Source: Bugula neritina (taxonomy: Eukaryota; Animalia; Bryozoa). Taken from it: a DNA stretch of 64,000 nucleotides. The DNA lies in the NCBI GenBank assembly GCA_964035545.1, contig OZ037768.1, positions 22,353,319 through 22,417,318 of the forward strand, written 5' to 3'. The position numbers were made by a program, and so were the translations under genes. Below the pieces are notes generated by a model, which was not told where the DNA came from, ran no database searches, and saw only the letters and a list, made by a program, of their open reading frames with translations. Below are positions 1 to 13,123 of this stretch, in pieces. Position 1 is the first letter of the stretch, and each line of letters opens with the position of its first letter.

Positions 1-191
1 GTATCAGATGGTAGAGTTAGTATTGTATCAGACACGTGGTGTATCAGATGGTAGAGTTGGTATTATATCAGACATATGGTCTATCAGATGGTAGAGTTGG
101 TATTATATCAGACATATGGTCTATCAGATGGTAGAGTTGGTATTGTATCAGACATGTGATCTATCAGATGGTAGAGTTGGTATTGTTGTAG
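1..191 (+). repeat. 40-bp intronic minisatellite ending at a splice acceptor
   Basis: About 4.7 visible copies of CTATCAGATGGTAGAGTTGGTATTATATCAGACATATGGT; the last partial copy grades into TTGTTGTAG|exon. Confidence 0.9.
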
Positions 192-2566
192 TCTAGCAAT
201 GCCGCTGCCGTGAGACAATCAACAGTCGCTCAGTCGCTGATGACGACTGTAGAGCAGGAGTGTCACATTACGCTGTCTAAGAATAACATCCAGAATGGTA
301 GGTTTACTCTACACGAGTGTTTAGTTTCGCATCTTATTCATTATCTACTCATGGTTTTCAGGTCTGCGTGTCATGTTTATATTAAATTCTAAATTTTGTA
401 TTGACCTAACATTAACATCACGATGAAATTACTCATAGTTTTTGTTTTACCTACTAGTTTAATGTTTTTATGGTAAATGCATTCGGAAACTAAGTAATTC
501 TAGTTGGCCTGTTGGGTTTAGTTAGTTGTTAACAGTGAAAAGACTGCTATGTTGATATATAATTTGTTTGTCTCCTGTGTTTTCGACTAAAGAGCTGAAA
601 CACAGCTGGTATCGCACTATAAATACATGATGTACTACATAGGGTTATAATGTTACTTGTTTCTGCATGCGTGTTGCTTAAGAATATAATATAGTTTTTA
701 TTCTTCTACAAAAATAAAATTATTACAAATATACATCTTAGTATATGGATATGAGTAGATTGCTGTATAAATTTAATCATTTAGTTTGTTGTCTCACTTG
801 ACAGCAAAGTAAAAGCAGTACTTAATTACTCAAGTATAACTCTGTTTTTTTCAAGTATACCTCTTTGTGTTCAGGTGAGTACCATCAGGTTCACCTTCTC
901 TTCCCTCCTCCAATCATAACTCATCCTCCCCCTGAAGACCCGCCCTCTGACCTCAGCAACATTCCCACCTTAGAGGAGGACGACTCCCTTGAGCTTACTG
1001 ATGATGGTAAGACAACTTCTGGTCAGTGCTATGTGTTGCTATGGAAACAGAAAGCTTATCTTCTGTGTTGTGCTGCCTAAGTTCATACGCTGCTCACTAT
1101 GTATATAGTGTATATATATAATATGTGTATGCACACACATACATGCGCATACACAGTACAGTTTCATGTGGCAACGTTTCTGTGTATAGTTTCACTAGCA
1201 TGTGTAAGTAGGCTGAGAGTGTGACTGTTAGCATGTAGTAAGCTGAGAGTGAGACTGTTAGCATATAGTAAGCTGAGAGTGTGACTGTTAGCATATAGTA
1301 AGCTGAGAGTGTGACTGTTAGCATATAGTAAGCTGAGAGTGGGACTGTTGGTATATAGTAAGCTGAGAGTGAGACTGTTAGCATATAGTAAGCTGAGAGT
1401 GTGACTGTTAGTATATAGTAAGCTGAGAGTGAGACTGTTAGCATGTAGTAAGCTGAGAGTGAGACTGTTAGCATATAGTAAGCTGAGAGTGAGACTGTTA
1501 GCATATAGTAAGCTGAGAGTGTGACTGTTAGCATATAGTAAGCTGAGAGTGTGACTGTTAGCATATAGTAAGCTGAGAGTGTGACTGTTAGCATATAGTA
1601 AGCTGAGAGTGTGACTGTTAGCATGTAGTAAGCTGAGAGTGTGACTGTTAGCATATAGTAAGCTGAGAGTGTGACTGTTAGCATATAGTAAGCTGAGAGT
1701 GTGACTGTTAGCATATAGTAAGCTGAGAGTGTGACTGTTAGCATATAGTAAGCTGAGAGTGTGACTGTTAGTATATAGTAAGCTGAGAGTGAGACTGTTA
1801 GTATATAGTAAGCTGAGAGTGTGACTGTTAGTATATAGTAAGCTGAGAGTGTGACTGTTAGCATATAGTAAGCTGAGAGTGTTAGTATATAGTAAGCTGA
1901 GAGTGTGACTGTTAGCATATAGTAAGCTGAGAGTGTGACTGTTAGTATATAGTAAGCTGAGAGTGTGACTGTTAGCATATAGTAAGCTGAGAGTGTTAGT
2001 ATATAGTAAGCTGAGAGTGTGACTGTTAGCATGTAGTAAGCTGAGAGTGAGACTGTTAGCATATAGTAAGCTGAGAGTGTGACTGTTGGCATATAGTAAG
2101 CTGAGAGTGGGACTGTTAGTATATAGTAAGCTGAGAGTGGGACTGTTAGTATATAGTAAGCTGAGAGTGTGACTGTTGTAGAGGAGGGTGAGGACTACAA
2201 GCAAGACCCGGCAGCTGACAGCGCTGCCTCAGAGGAGGAGATGGAGCCAGAAGTTGGCGAGATCACCATGAAGTCTGTGGAAGTCAACAAAAGCCAGTCA
2301 AATGTCTTCTTCAGGTTGGCTTATCATTCTGTATACTGTGTTGTCATTGGCTTGTCATTCTGTATACTGTGTTGTCATTGGCTTGTCATTCTGTATACTG
2401 TGTTGTCATTGGCTTGTCATTCTGTATACTGTGTTGTCATTGGCTTGTCATTCTGTATGCTGTGTAGTCATTGGCTAGTCATTCTGTTAAAATGTGGAAT
2501 CATTGTTGCACTTTACAAAGTGCTAGTAATTCTTATTTTTCCTCCCGTATCAAATCACTGCTACTG

Positions 2567-2607
<41 letters not shown>

Positions 2608-5600
2608 GCTACTACTACTACTACTACTACTACTACTGCTACTACTACTACTACTACTACTGCTGCTACTACTACTACTTGCATTATTAGAACTGTTACT
2701 ACTAGTACTGTAATTAAATGCTGTACTACTCTAACTTTACTTTGCTATTGTTTGTTCAGGTGTAATCAATGTAGCATAGACTTTCCATCCATTGACCTTC
2801 TGATGGCCCACAAGCAGGCGGTCCACGACTCTTCCAGCAACCTGCCGAGAGTGGTGGATATAGCTCAGGGTCCGGGGGAGGGTCACATTAGCAGTGCGGA
2901 CGCCGGAACTGCCAGCCCTCATCACTACTGCAAGGTTATTGAGACCTTCTTGACTTCACTTTAAGAGAGTTGTGTTGTGTTAGCAAATTAGTCTGGTTTA
3001 ATTTGCATGAATTTATTAGTTTGATGTGCCGGGTGTACGAGACTAAAGGATTTGGCCCACATTAGCTAGTGACTGTTAAAACAAGAAACTGGAACTCACT
3101 TATCTGGCACTACAGGTGTTGGTTGAGATTGGAGTTCTTTTTTGTCTGGACAGAACTGTATACGCTAAACTCTATTCCCTTTGATTCTGTACTCTGTCAC
3201 ATACCCATCTCAATGTATACTCTATCAAATACCCAGCTTGCTGACTCTATACTCTATCACATACCCAGCTCGCTGACTGCATTGTATGCGGGTCATATGT
3301 TTGACAGGAGTGCAACTTTTCAACCTCCACAAAGCAGACGTTGAAACTCCATGTCAGCAGAGTTCACCGCGAGAAGCAGCTGGAGTGTTTGGACTGCGGC
3401 GAGAAGTTTGGCCCTTTGATAGATCTCAAGACTCACATACGTGAAACCGGTACGTGTTGGTGTGTATGTACAGCTATATGAGATATATAGGTCACAGTGT
3501 AAGTGTGTGTGTACAGCTATATGAGATATGTAGGTCACAGTGTAGGTGTGTACCTACAGCTATATGTGATATATAGGTCACAGTGTAAGTGTGCATGTAC
3601 AGCTATATGAGATATGTAGGTCACAGTGTAAGTGTGTACCTACAGCTATATGAGATATATAGGTCACAGTGTAAGTGTGCATGTACAGCTATATGAGATA
3701 TGTAGGTCACAGTGTAAGTGTGTACGTACAGCTATATGAGATATATAGGTCACAGTGTAAGTGTGTACGTACAGCTATATGAGATATGTAGGTCACAGTG
3801 TAAGTGTGTACGTACAGCTATATGAGATATGTAGGTCACAGAAAGGGTCAGCACACCAACCTGTATAAGCAGATGGTAGAGTGTAAGATATGCAACAAGA
3901 AGCTGCAGCTGAAGAACCTCAAGTCACACACAGAACTCGTTCATGACAAACTCAAACCGTACAGCTGTGAGGTGTGCGGCAAGATGTTCGGCACGAGATT
4001 CCTGGTGAAGGAGCATATGGAGAGTCATAAGGTGAGTAGTATGACTCTAACTACTAGATAGTATAACTAGTAATTAGTATAACTAGTAACTACTATGACT
4101 CTAATTGCTGTACTCACTACTCTAACTACTCTACTAACTACTCTACTAACTACTCTACTAACTACTATACTAACTACTCTACTAACTACTCTACTAACTA
4201 CTCTACTAACTACTCTACTAACTACTATACTAACTACTCTACTCACTACTCTACTCACTACTCTACTAACTACTGATGAATTATTTTCAGAACCTACAAG
4301 ACAGACACCGCCCCTGGAAGTGCCATTTATGTGGCCAAGCCTTCTTCAAGAAGCTGCCGCTGGACGAACACATCAACAAACACATGGGAACCCCTCAGTA
4401 CTCGTGTGACAAGTGTCCTAAGAAGTTCTTCCATCAGTCCGGCTGGAAGAGACACCTTCAGCACCACGGGGAGGATCGGCCATTCCACTGTAACGTAGGT
4501 TCAGTTCTCTCTCTACATTCTGTCTATACTCTGTCTATACTCTCTCTATACTCTGTCTATACTCTGTGTGTACTCTCTCTATACTCTGTCTATACTGTCT
4601 CTATACTCTGTGTATACTCTCTCTATACTCTCTCTATACTCTGTGTATACTCTCTCTATACTCTGCCTATACTGTCTCTATACTCTGTGTATACTCTCTC
4701 TATACTCTGCCTATACTCTGTTTATACTCTTTCTATAATCTGTCTATATACTCTCTATACTCTGTCTATACTCTCTCTATACTCTGGCTATACTCTTTCT
4801 ATACCCTGTCTATACTCTCTACACTCTCTCTATACTCTCTCTATATACTCTCTCTATACTCTCTCTATACTCTGTCTATACTCTGTTTATACTGTCACTT
4901 CAGCACCTCCGGTGATGCTAATTCATATATTAATCTATGCTCTGATTCTTGTGTATTTATAAGCTGACTGACTAATGCCAGGTTTTCACAGGCAGCATAT
5001 AAATCAGCTGCCAAGTCTCCACTAACGGTAGCCTGAGTATTTGCTGTCAATACAAAGCTGCCATGTTTACCAGGTGTGTGGGAAGTCTTTCAAGACCAGC
5101 ACCAACCTCAGCGCCCATAAAACGGTGCACGCTCCGATGGCGTTCATGTGTCTGTGTGGCAAGTCGTACCAGCAGAAACACACCCTCAAGTACCACCAGG
5201 ATAAGTGCCCTATGCATCAGGATATCCTCGCCAATCAGCTGGTTGAAGAGTCCTACCACGCGGCGCCCAGGTTGGTGGTTCATTTGACAGCCAGGATTCC
5301 TATTGGTTCGTGAAACTGAGAGTAGGGAGAATGTAAAATTTGTTATAAACTTCTATTGGAATGTATTGTAAAGGTATTGTATTTGTATTGTTTCTATTTA
5401 TAGATGCATACTGTTGTTTCATCTATTTATAGATACATGTGTGGATTCTGCCAGGAAACATTTACTGATTTCAATTTAGTCCAAGAGCATGTTAAGCAGC
5501 ATGTATCTGATTCGCCGCAGGTAAATATACTTTGCTTTATATGCTGTATACTAGGGCTATGTTATACTATTAGTGTTATATGCTGTATACTAGGGCTATG

Positions 5601-8214
5601 TTATACTATTAGTATTATATACTGTATACTAGGGCTATGTTATACTATTAGTATTATATACTGTATACTAGGGCTATGTTATACTATTAGTGTTATATGC
5701 TGTATACTAGGGCTATGTTATACTATTAGTATTATATGCTGTATACTAGGGCTATGTTATACTATTAGTATTATATACTGTATACTAGGGCTATGTTATA
5801 CTATTAGTATTATATACTGTATACTAGGGCTATGTTATACTATTAGTATTATATACTGTATACTAGGGCTATGTTATACTATTAGTATTATATACTGTAT
5901 ACTAGGGCTATGTTATACTATTAGTATTATATACTGTATACTAGGGCTATGTTATACTATTAGTATTATATACTGTATACTAGGGCTATGTTATACTATT
6001 AGTATTATATACTGTATACTAGGGCTATGTTATACTATTAGTATTATATACTGTATACTAGGGCTATGTTATACTATTAGTATTATATACTGTATACTAG
6101 GGCTATGTTATACTATTAGTATTATATGCTGTATACTACGGCTATGTTATACTATTAGTATTATATACTGTATACTAGGGCTATGTTATACTATTAGTAT
6201 TATATACTGTATACTAGGGCTATGTTATACTATTAGTATTATATACTGTATACTAGGGCTATGTTATACTATTAGTATTATATACTGTATACTAGGGCTA
6301 TGTTATACTATTAGTATTATATGCTGTGTACTAGAGCTATGTTATACTATTAGTATTATATACTGTATACTAGGGCTATGTTATACTATTAGTATTATAT
6401 ACTGTATACTAGGGCTATAAACATCTTGATTGATTGATTTATTGCATATCACAGACATGACAACACGTTGCGAAATTCAGTGTAAATACTGGCTGTAATA
6501 TAAGTAGGCATGAACAAAAATGAAAGAAAAAAAAGTCAAAAGTCAAAACCCTGGTGGATTATTTAAAATAGAAGATCATTTAAAGTATTTACAAGATGCC
6601 GTAAGAAGCTATCTCCGCCCCATGCCCCTCTATATTTGATGGTTCGATATCTTCCAGAGGGACATTGACTCAATAAGTTATTGATAAAGTGCACTGTATA
6701 TTAGGGTATTGTGCAATCTCTACCGCTCAGAAATGATTTTAAAATTGAACGAGAAGCATGTTTTTTTCTAGATTAATTGACTGTGTTTAATTCAGGTCAT
6801 AATCATAAAACTGTATTATCTTTTAAATCAATACTCAAATTTTTTAGAGCTGGGCAACTAAAGGAGTTTTCATCTCATGACAAACATACTGTGCGTCATT
6901 AACTTATCAATTCATCTGCCATCTACAGCACAACAATGCGACTCATGTGTCGCTGGCGCTAGTTGTTAGTTGAGCTGCCAAAGCCTTCCTTCCAAGTTAT
7001 TCTAGTGGTTCATGTTTCACAGGTTGAAGCTAACTTTGAGGGAGAGCTATCACTGGCCCCAAACCAGAGTACGGAACAGCAGGCTATAGCAGACATCTCC
7101 GGCAGCGGGCTAGACCACCTAGCGATGACGGCAGCAGTGTTGGAGCAGCAGAATATTGTGACCACCGAAGTCAGTTGCTCTTTACTATGCTTGAGTTTAG
7201 CAGCTTGGTGATTGTTAACATAATCTGTTTCTCAACTAGAGTGTGATGTTTCACTATTGCTAAGCAATTCCGTGCACTATAAACATGTAGAAGCTGCTAG
7301 AACTTGTGTCACTGTAACTGATCAGTCACACGTACAACCTTGACCTGTGGTGGCTATAGCAGAGCTCCTTGCAATGCAGTGAGATGATGCAATATTTACC
7401 CTGCGTTATACACACTGCTTATAATGGAATTAAGTCTAATCTTATTTTATAACGATCTTTTACTATGGTAGATTATCTCAACACTTTGTTTTAAATTTAA
7501 ATTGAGTTTATTTGATTGTTTAATCTTAAATTCGAAATGCTTCTAGAATGTTCCTCGATGAAGTGTCAACTTTCATGCGCACAGTGAATTCTGTTGCTCT
7601 GGCGTTTAGATTTCTTGATTGTATTAAATTAAAAAATTGCTCAAATTTCTTTGGGATATTCGCATTCAGATAGGTTAAGAGCTCAAGTTTTGGGCATGTT
7701 CAGACTACAGCACCCTTTAGCCACACTGATTTATTTTTATTTTTGTCAGTAGGTTTATCTTGCTGCCTTGATGAACGAATCAGCATTAAGTGTAGGCGGC
7801 TGCCGGTTGACAATTCCTCTGGTATATCCTGGTGTGTACTTGCAGGGGGAGAGAACTCTGATTGTGACAGATCTGGGTCAAGAGCAGCTCCAGTTAGTCA
7901 CGTATCCTAACGGCACAATAATAGACCAGGACGGGCAGGTGATAGACCCCTCGCACCAGCGGCTCATTGACCAGGAAGGTAGAATTATTGACCCGAGTGG
8001 ACAGATTGTAGAGCAGAGTGGATCTCAATTCAATATAACAATCAGTCAACCAGTGACTAATATACACGTAGAACAGGTGGGGGGTGGCCAAAACCCACCC
8101 GACTCTCACGCGAAGTTTGAAATTGAATCTGAAGGCCAAACGATAGCTTCTGTACCAGTGGAGAGCAATGAACCGACTTTAGGGGGCTCGCAGGATACCC
8201 TATCATTAACTTGA
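192..8214 (+). CDS. Multi-C2H2 zinc-finger protein, spliced, 5' end outside the window
   Basis: Phase-compatible GT-AG exons at ~192-297, 875-1006, 2182-2314, 2760-2934, 3308-3449, 3835-4031, 4291-4494, 5074-5270, 5433-5520, 7023-7169 and 7846-8214 (TGA). They encode about 10 CxxC...HxxxH fingers (e.g. CEVCGKMFGTRFLVKEHMESH, CHLCGQAFFKKLPLDEHINKH, CNVCGKSFKTSTNLSAHKTVH) and an acidic/Gln-rich tail. Confidence 0.88.
1201..2181 (+). repeat. 30-bp intronic minisatellite (~32 copies) ending at a splice acceptor
   Basis: Unit GTAAGCTGAGAGTGTGACTGTTAGCATATA, with two 24-bp deletion variants. Confidence 0.95.
2316..2490 (+). repeat. 29-bp minisatellite starting at a splice donor
   Basis: TTGGCTTGTCATTCTGTATACTGTGTTGTCA-type unit, about 5 copies. 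Confidence 0.85.
2557..2715. repeat. (TAC)n microsatellite with TGC interruptions
   Basis: Direct reading of the sequence. Confidence 0.95.
3450..3841 (+). repeat. 43-bp minisatellite making up a whole intron (9 units)
   Basis: AG|GTCACAG junctions at 3491, 3534, 3577, 3620, 3663, 3706, 3749, 3792 and 3835. Confidence 0.93.
4045..4275 (+). repeat. 12-bp intronic repeat (CTACTAACTACT)
   Basis: Fills most of intron 4032-4290; units contain TACTAAC. Confidence 0.9.
4505..4895 (+). repeat. ~10-bp pyrimidine-rich satellite (TATACTCTGT/TATACTCTCT)
   Basis: Begins about 10 nt after the donor at 4495; same family as 47932-48330. Confidence 0.9.
5538..6418 (+). repeat. 39-bp intronic minisatellite (~22 copies)
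   Basis: Unit TATACTGTATACTAGGGCTATGTTATACTATTAGTATTA; starts just after the donor at 5521. Confidence 0.95.
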
Positions 8215-8650
8215 CGTACTTACGCTTTACCCTTTTCTCCAGGCAAGAGTTGCAGAATGTATTTTGTACGTATTGTGTACATTCCATTATGGCAGGTCAT
8301 TTCATTTCTCAGGTTTTCTATCTAAAGTCTATTGAGTACATCAATTATTAGAATGAATATTGTTACATTAACTATAACTACTTTATATTATAATGCAAGC
8401 CCCTTTTTCATTTGCCTTTATTGTCTGTTATTTCATTCTATATAAATAATTATTTGTTTATACTATTCATTTCAGAATGGGAGAAATTTATTTAAATTAT
8501 TAATAAAAATTGATATAATTTATATTAGCTCCAAAAAAATCAACAAAGTTAAAAAATAATCGATAAGAGATTTAAAATCAGTGTTAAGTGAATATTCAAT
8601 AATCATGTGCAGCAGACGAAGTATTCGGCTAGTACTAGGCATTAACTGTC

Positions 8651-11403
8651 TTAGCAGCTGAAAGCAGAATTACTCAGCATCACCCACAGTGCTGTCAGCA
8701 ATAGCAAAAAACTACTAACTTTGGTGTGATCTACAGAATTTGGAATAACATCGATGGTGCTGTTGGTTAGTGAAGGGTCTTTATCAAAGTTCCTTGACAT
8801 GAGCACAACTGAAGCGAGTTTCTTGTTTTCACCGCTGATAGCTTTAACATAACCTTCATCCACAAAGTTCCAGTCAGTAGTGAAGTTCATGTCAGGAGAG
8901 ACGACTTCTGGGAAAGCGTATGGAGTATTCATGGAGCCAGTGAGTTTATAGGAGGTGAAGGTCGTTGTGGTGGTGTTCTGCAATGCCGTACCGCAGTTCT
9001 GTCTGGCTGATTCGCAACGTACTAACAGACAGACTTCTAAGTAGTATTCACCTTCCAAATAGTGCATGCCATTGAACACGCCAAGAGCGTAGAACTCATT
9101 GATGTCTGAACGGGTAAATTCAAGATGGCAGCAAACGGTGCCACTGCAAACCGAAACGTTGGCGCTCGAGCCAGATAAGGGAACAAACAAAAATGTGTCG
9201 TCAAATATTTTTGATGAAAATGTATTCTCGCTTACAAAATTTGTCTGAATGTTTGCAGGTGGGTGTTTGGGACTTGCTCGGTTGACGTTGAGAGGTACCT
9301 GGGCTATAACCAGCTGCCCAGTGGTTGAACTTTGATTGAAGGTGTAGCCAAGTACTCCATTGGGCGCGTAAATACCACTCCCAAGGTAACGCAACTCCGG
9401 GTACTGAATATTAGAGGAAAGATAGTTCACTCTCATTGTCCTAGCCCACCCTGAATGGTAGGCAGTAGAAATATAATGGGGGTACACATTCATCCATGCT
9501 GTGGAAAATATGATATCAGTTACATTGTATTTCTCAACCAAGTCCACTGCTGGGCGCTGAAAAACGGCATCAAAACAAATCATCAAACCAAATCTTCCAA
9601 ATTCTGTGTCAAAATACGATATATCTACTGTCTTTGGTACGTTCCAAAACAGTTTTTCAGCCAGAAATAAGTTTTCTTTGTGGTATTTTGCCACTAAACA
9701 TCCAGATGGGTTGAACACTGCCTCGGTATTGTACTGGTAGTGTCCAGTGAGAGGACAACTTTCTACACACGGCTGTTTGTCACCCATGTTCACCGCTATA
9801 TACATGCTGTGGTTTCTAGCCATGCAGCTGAGTCGATATAGCACTTCTTGACCTGGCATTTCTCCAGAGTCACAAGGACAAAACGTGGGGTTAATCTTAG
9901 GGTCGGGAATTGTCTCCACAAAATAACTCAATGACATCTCATTGCTAAAACTCTTCAGCCCTATGAGGCCATATTCTGGGAATACAAATATATCCGTGCC
10001 CTAAAAAGTAAATTAAAAAAATTATTATGTTACTAGTGCTTGTACTATTTGTATGAATGATTTTGTCAGCACAGGTGCTGTTTGGCATGGATGCCTATGT
10101 ATTGTGATTCACTTAATGAAGGGTGAATGGATGGAGGACACAGAAGCAGGCCACAACTCTACTTTTTGTCTATTGCCAACAGCATATTTCTCACAAAACT
10201 CAAATTCAAACTCAGACTGTGATAATTATTTGGACAATAAAGTTTAAGTTGCCCGCATCTTTAACAAGAGGAAAATTGAGCTACACCGACTCATTGAACA
10301 AAAACTGCTAGTACATAGCTATCTCGAAAGTTTTCACAAAAAGCTTTCGTCACACAATAGTTTTCTCAAAGCTACCAAAAAAGCTCCTGCAACAATGATT
10401 TAAATTGAAAGGAATATCTCATAGCTTGTTTATTAAAACTGTAGCAAATTCATCAACAAAATATAACTATTCCTTGCTTGACCTTTTGCAACATATTCAT
10501 GTGATACCCACATAATGTGTTGGAATTTATAGCTTGAATGTATGTTAAATACAGTATGATTGGTGTTATGATATTCACGCACACCTTTTGTTTGAAGAGG
10601 TCATAAGTATAGATATAAAAGTTAGGCAAGTAAATAATAAGCTCAACAATTTAATGTTGTTTATAAATGCGGCATTGCTATGTAAAATAATACATTAGTA
10701 GCATATAATTAGAAATAGTTGTGAAATTGACCAAGAAACAAAGTGGCATTGTAAAAGTAGGTCAGGAGCATTTTAGCGATGTGGAGATAATTACAAGTAT
10801 ACAAATTTGCTTTAGTTTTTATGTCTATATAGTGTGATTGTTTGTGGAATACAAAGCTGCCATGTATAACATATATTATAAAAATAGAAAGAGAGTAACT
10901 ATAAAATGAATTTTAAAACATTCAGTATAAACTGTAAGCTGGCATATTTGTTTTTTATGTTAATCAAGCTGAAACCGATCAAAGCTGGCAGTGAAATTCC
11001 TTTTTAAGATACACGCATGTATGTATATATTTATGTTAAAATACATTCTACATCTATATAACAATGCAAATATAGACTGTATACCATCTATTTATTTTTT
11101 ATTGTGCGCATATACTTTCTTGTAATATTACCAAACAAACAAATGTAATAATAATAATATAAGCAGAATATACTATATTTTATGCTTACAAACCTCAGCT
11201 TCTGCTTTTGCTGTTTGAGTTTCAAGTACATCTAGATTTGTCATCATAACTTTGAGAGCCTCGTCACGGCTAGACACAACTTTCTCTACGCCATCAGCAA
11301 ATGGATTGTGTGAAAAGACAGCAGCAGTGTAAAACTCTTCTCTAGCCAGTGCGAGTTGGCAAAAGAGAAGTAAAGTCAACGTTGACACTATTTTCAGCTT
11401 CAT
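8651..11403 (-). CDS. Vanin/pantetheinase (biotinidase-like) carbon-nitrogen hydrolase, secreted and probably GPI-anchored
   Basis: Exon 11403-11194 (signal peptide MKLKIVSTLTLLLFCQLALA, YTAAV) splices in phase 0 to exon 10000-8651. Catalytic triad motifs FPEYG, YHKENLF and ICFD are present, plus TAWMN, a Cys-rich vanin C-terminal domain and a hydrophobic C-terminus. Confidence 0.9.
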
Positions 11404-11432
11404 TGCTGTCCACTCGCTACTCTTGCCATTCA

Positions 11433-11576
11433 AAAGGAGTGTATTACTAATGGCTATGGGAAAAATGCAAATATTTATATTTTTTAACCAAGTGTTGGCA
11501 ATGGCACCATACTACCGATTTTTGCAAATAGTTCAGATGCTAAAAACAGTAGGATAGCTTAGTGCCACACTCCTTT
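11433..11576. mobile_element. Short inverted-repeat element just upstream of the vanin start codon
   Basis: AAAGGAGTGTATTACTAA versus the reverse complement of TTAGTGCCACACTCCTTT (10 bp perfect, about 18 bp imperfect). Confidence 0.35.
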
Positions 11577-13123
11577 GTTAAATACAAGTTCAACATAAGT
11601 CCAGAAGCTAGCTAGGTTCAAAGTCCAACTTCCTATTGTTTACAATAATTACCCTGTAAGTATACACCCTGCTTATCAGTGTTGAATAGATTGCATTGGA
11701 CATATACAGCAGACGCATACATAGTAATATTATATAAATGTTGCATAAATATTTTGAAACAAAAAAATTTTTCAGATGACTATGTAAGATAATGTATATC
11801 TTCAATAAATTTTAACCCTCAAGACAAGTGCATGTTTGGCTGAAACTTTGGCAAACTAACAGATAAAAACAGCCTAGACTTTATTATGACCCAGTAAAGC
11901 GTCAGGAAATTTATACATTCTTTATAGTAAATAAAAAGTGAATGCACAGACTAAATATGGCCATATAAACTCAATCATACAAATATGCATAGACAAATTG
12001 AAAAGTAGACAATAAGCTACACTGCTACAGTATTGTTATTAGGCTTTTATCTTTTAGCCAATGGAGTTGTCTTACCTGTTGTAGTTGATCAATTGATACC
12101 GGAGATATGATTGGACAGCCGAACCAACCTTATTAATTATTCTGCAAGGTTTTAAGCATGCATCAGCTAAACTTGCTATATAAGGTAACACTGCTGAATT
12201 GAAATACATATATATTTCATTAGTATGAGCTCTAACAGTATTTAGTATCAATTAGTATAGACATGTACAACAGGTTATTTTATCTTAAACTCTATTACAA
12301 ATCTGTACTGCGCTTTCAGTTCTTTGCCACTAAAAGGAGTTATGCTCTCCTTGACAATCCTGCTATGTCAATAATTATACATATTATAATGACATACTCT
12401 TTGAAAAATATTAATTTGCGCTTTAAACTTTAGAATAGAACTATAATTGATAATACATGTCTGCCATCATTTATTGTTATATGTTTCAACACATCATAGA
12501 AAGCAAATAACATAGTAATTCTCCAAGACAAGAGCATTGTTGCAACTATACGTTTTAACAATAATAGCATTTACTTGAGGCAAGATAACTCCAAATTAAA
12601 AAAAAAATTTTATGCACTTAATTTAAGCTGCACTAGGCATTTGGATCATGTAATCCATGCATGCAGTACATTCAAGGTGATGTAGTGATATAGACATATA
12701 TCTCCTACATGTAAGAAAAATAATGAATGTGTATAAATTTGCAAAATAGTAAAAAATAAAGTCAACTGTTGTGAGACTGCTAATAAGATGCATTTGGTTC
12801 AGAAGAGATATCAGTCGTCTAGATTGATGAGCTTTCCAATAGTAATCTTCAACTCTACAATGAAAAACCATTTACCACAAGTAGAGATAAATACATGTAT
12901 ATACAATATATACACGGTGTGTGGTGGTGGTGGTGTGTGTGATGTTCCATGATTATCACTATATGCATCAATAGTATCATTTTGATTATTATAAATATAA
13001 TTATCAAAATGAATATATAATACCATGCCGATAATGCTAGTAAGGATTCAACGTTTGCAGCACCTACTACTACCAGTTCAGCAGTGTCAGTGTCACACTG
13101 AGTGCAAAGTTAGCCCTCTTCCA

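Noticed and set aside
1097-2204. 331-aa and 346-aa minus-strand ORFs
   Set aside because: They are translations of the 30-bp intronic minisatellite, antisense to the zinc-finger gene, with no domain content.
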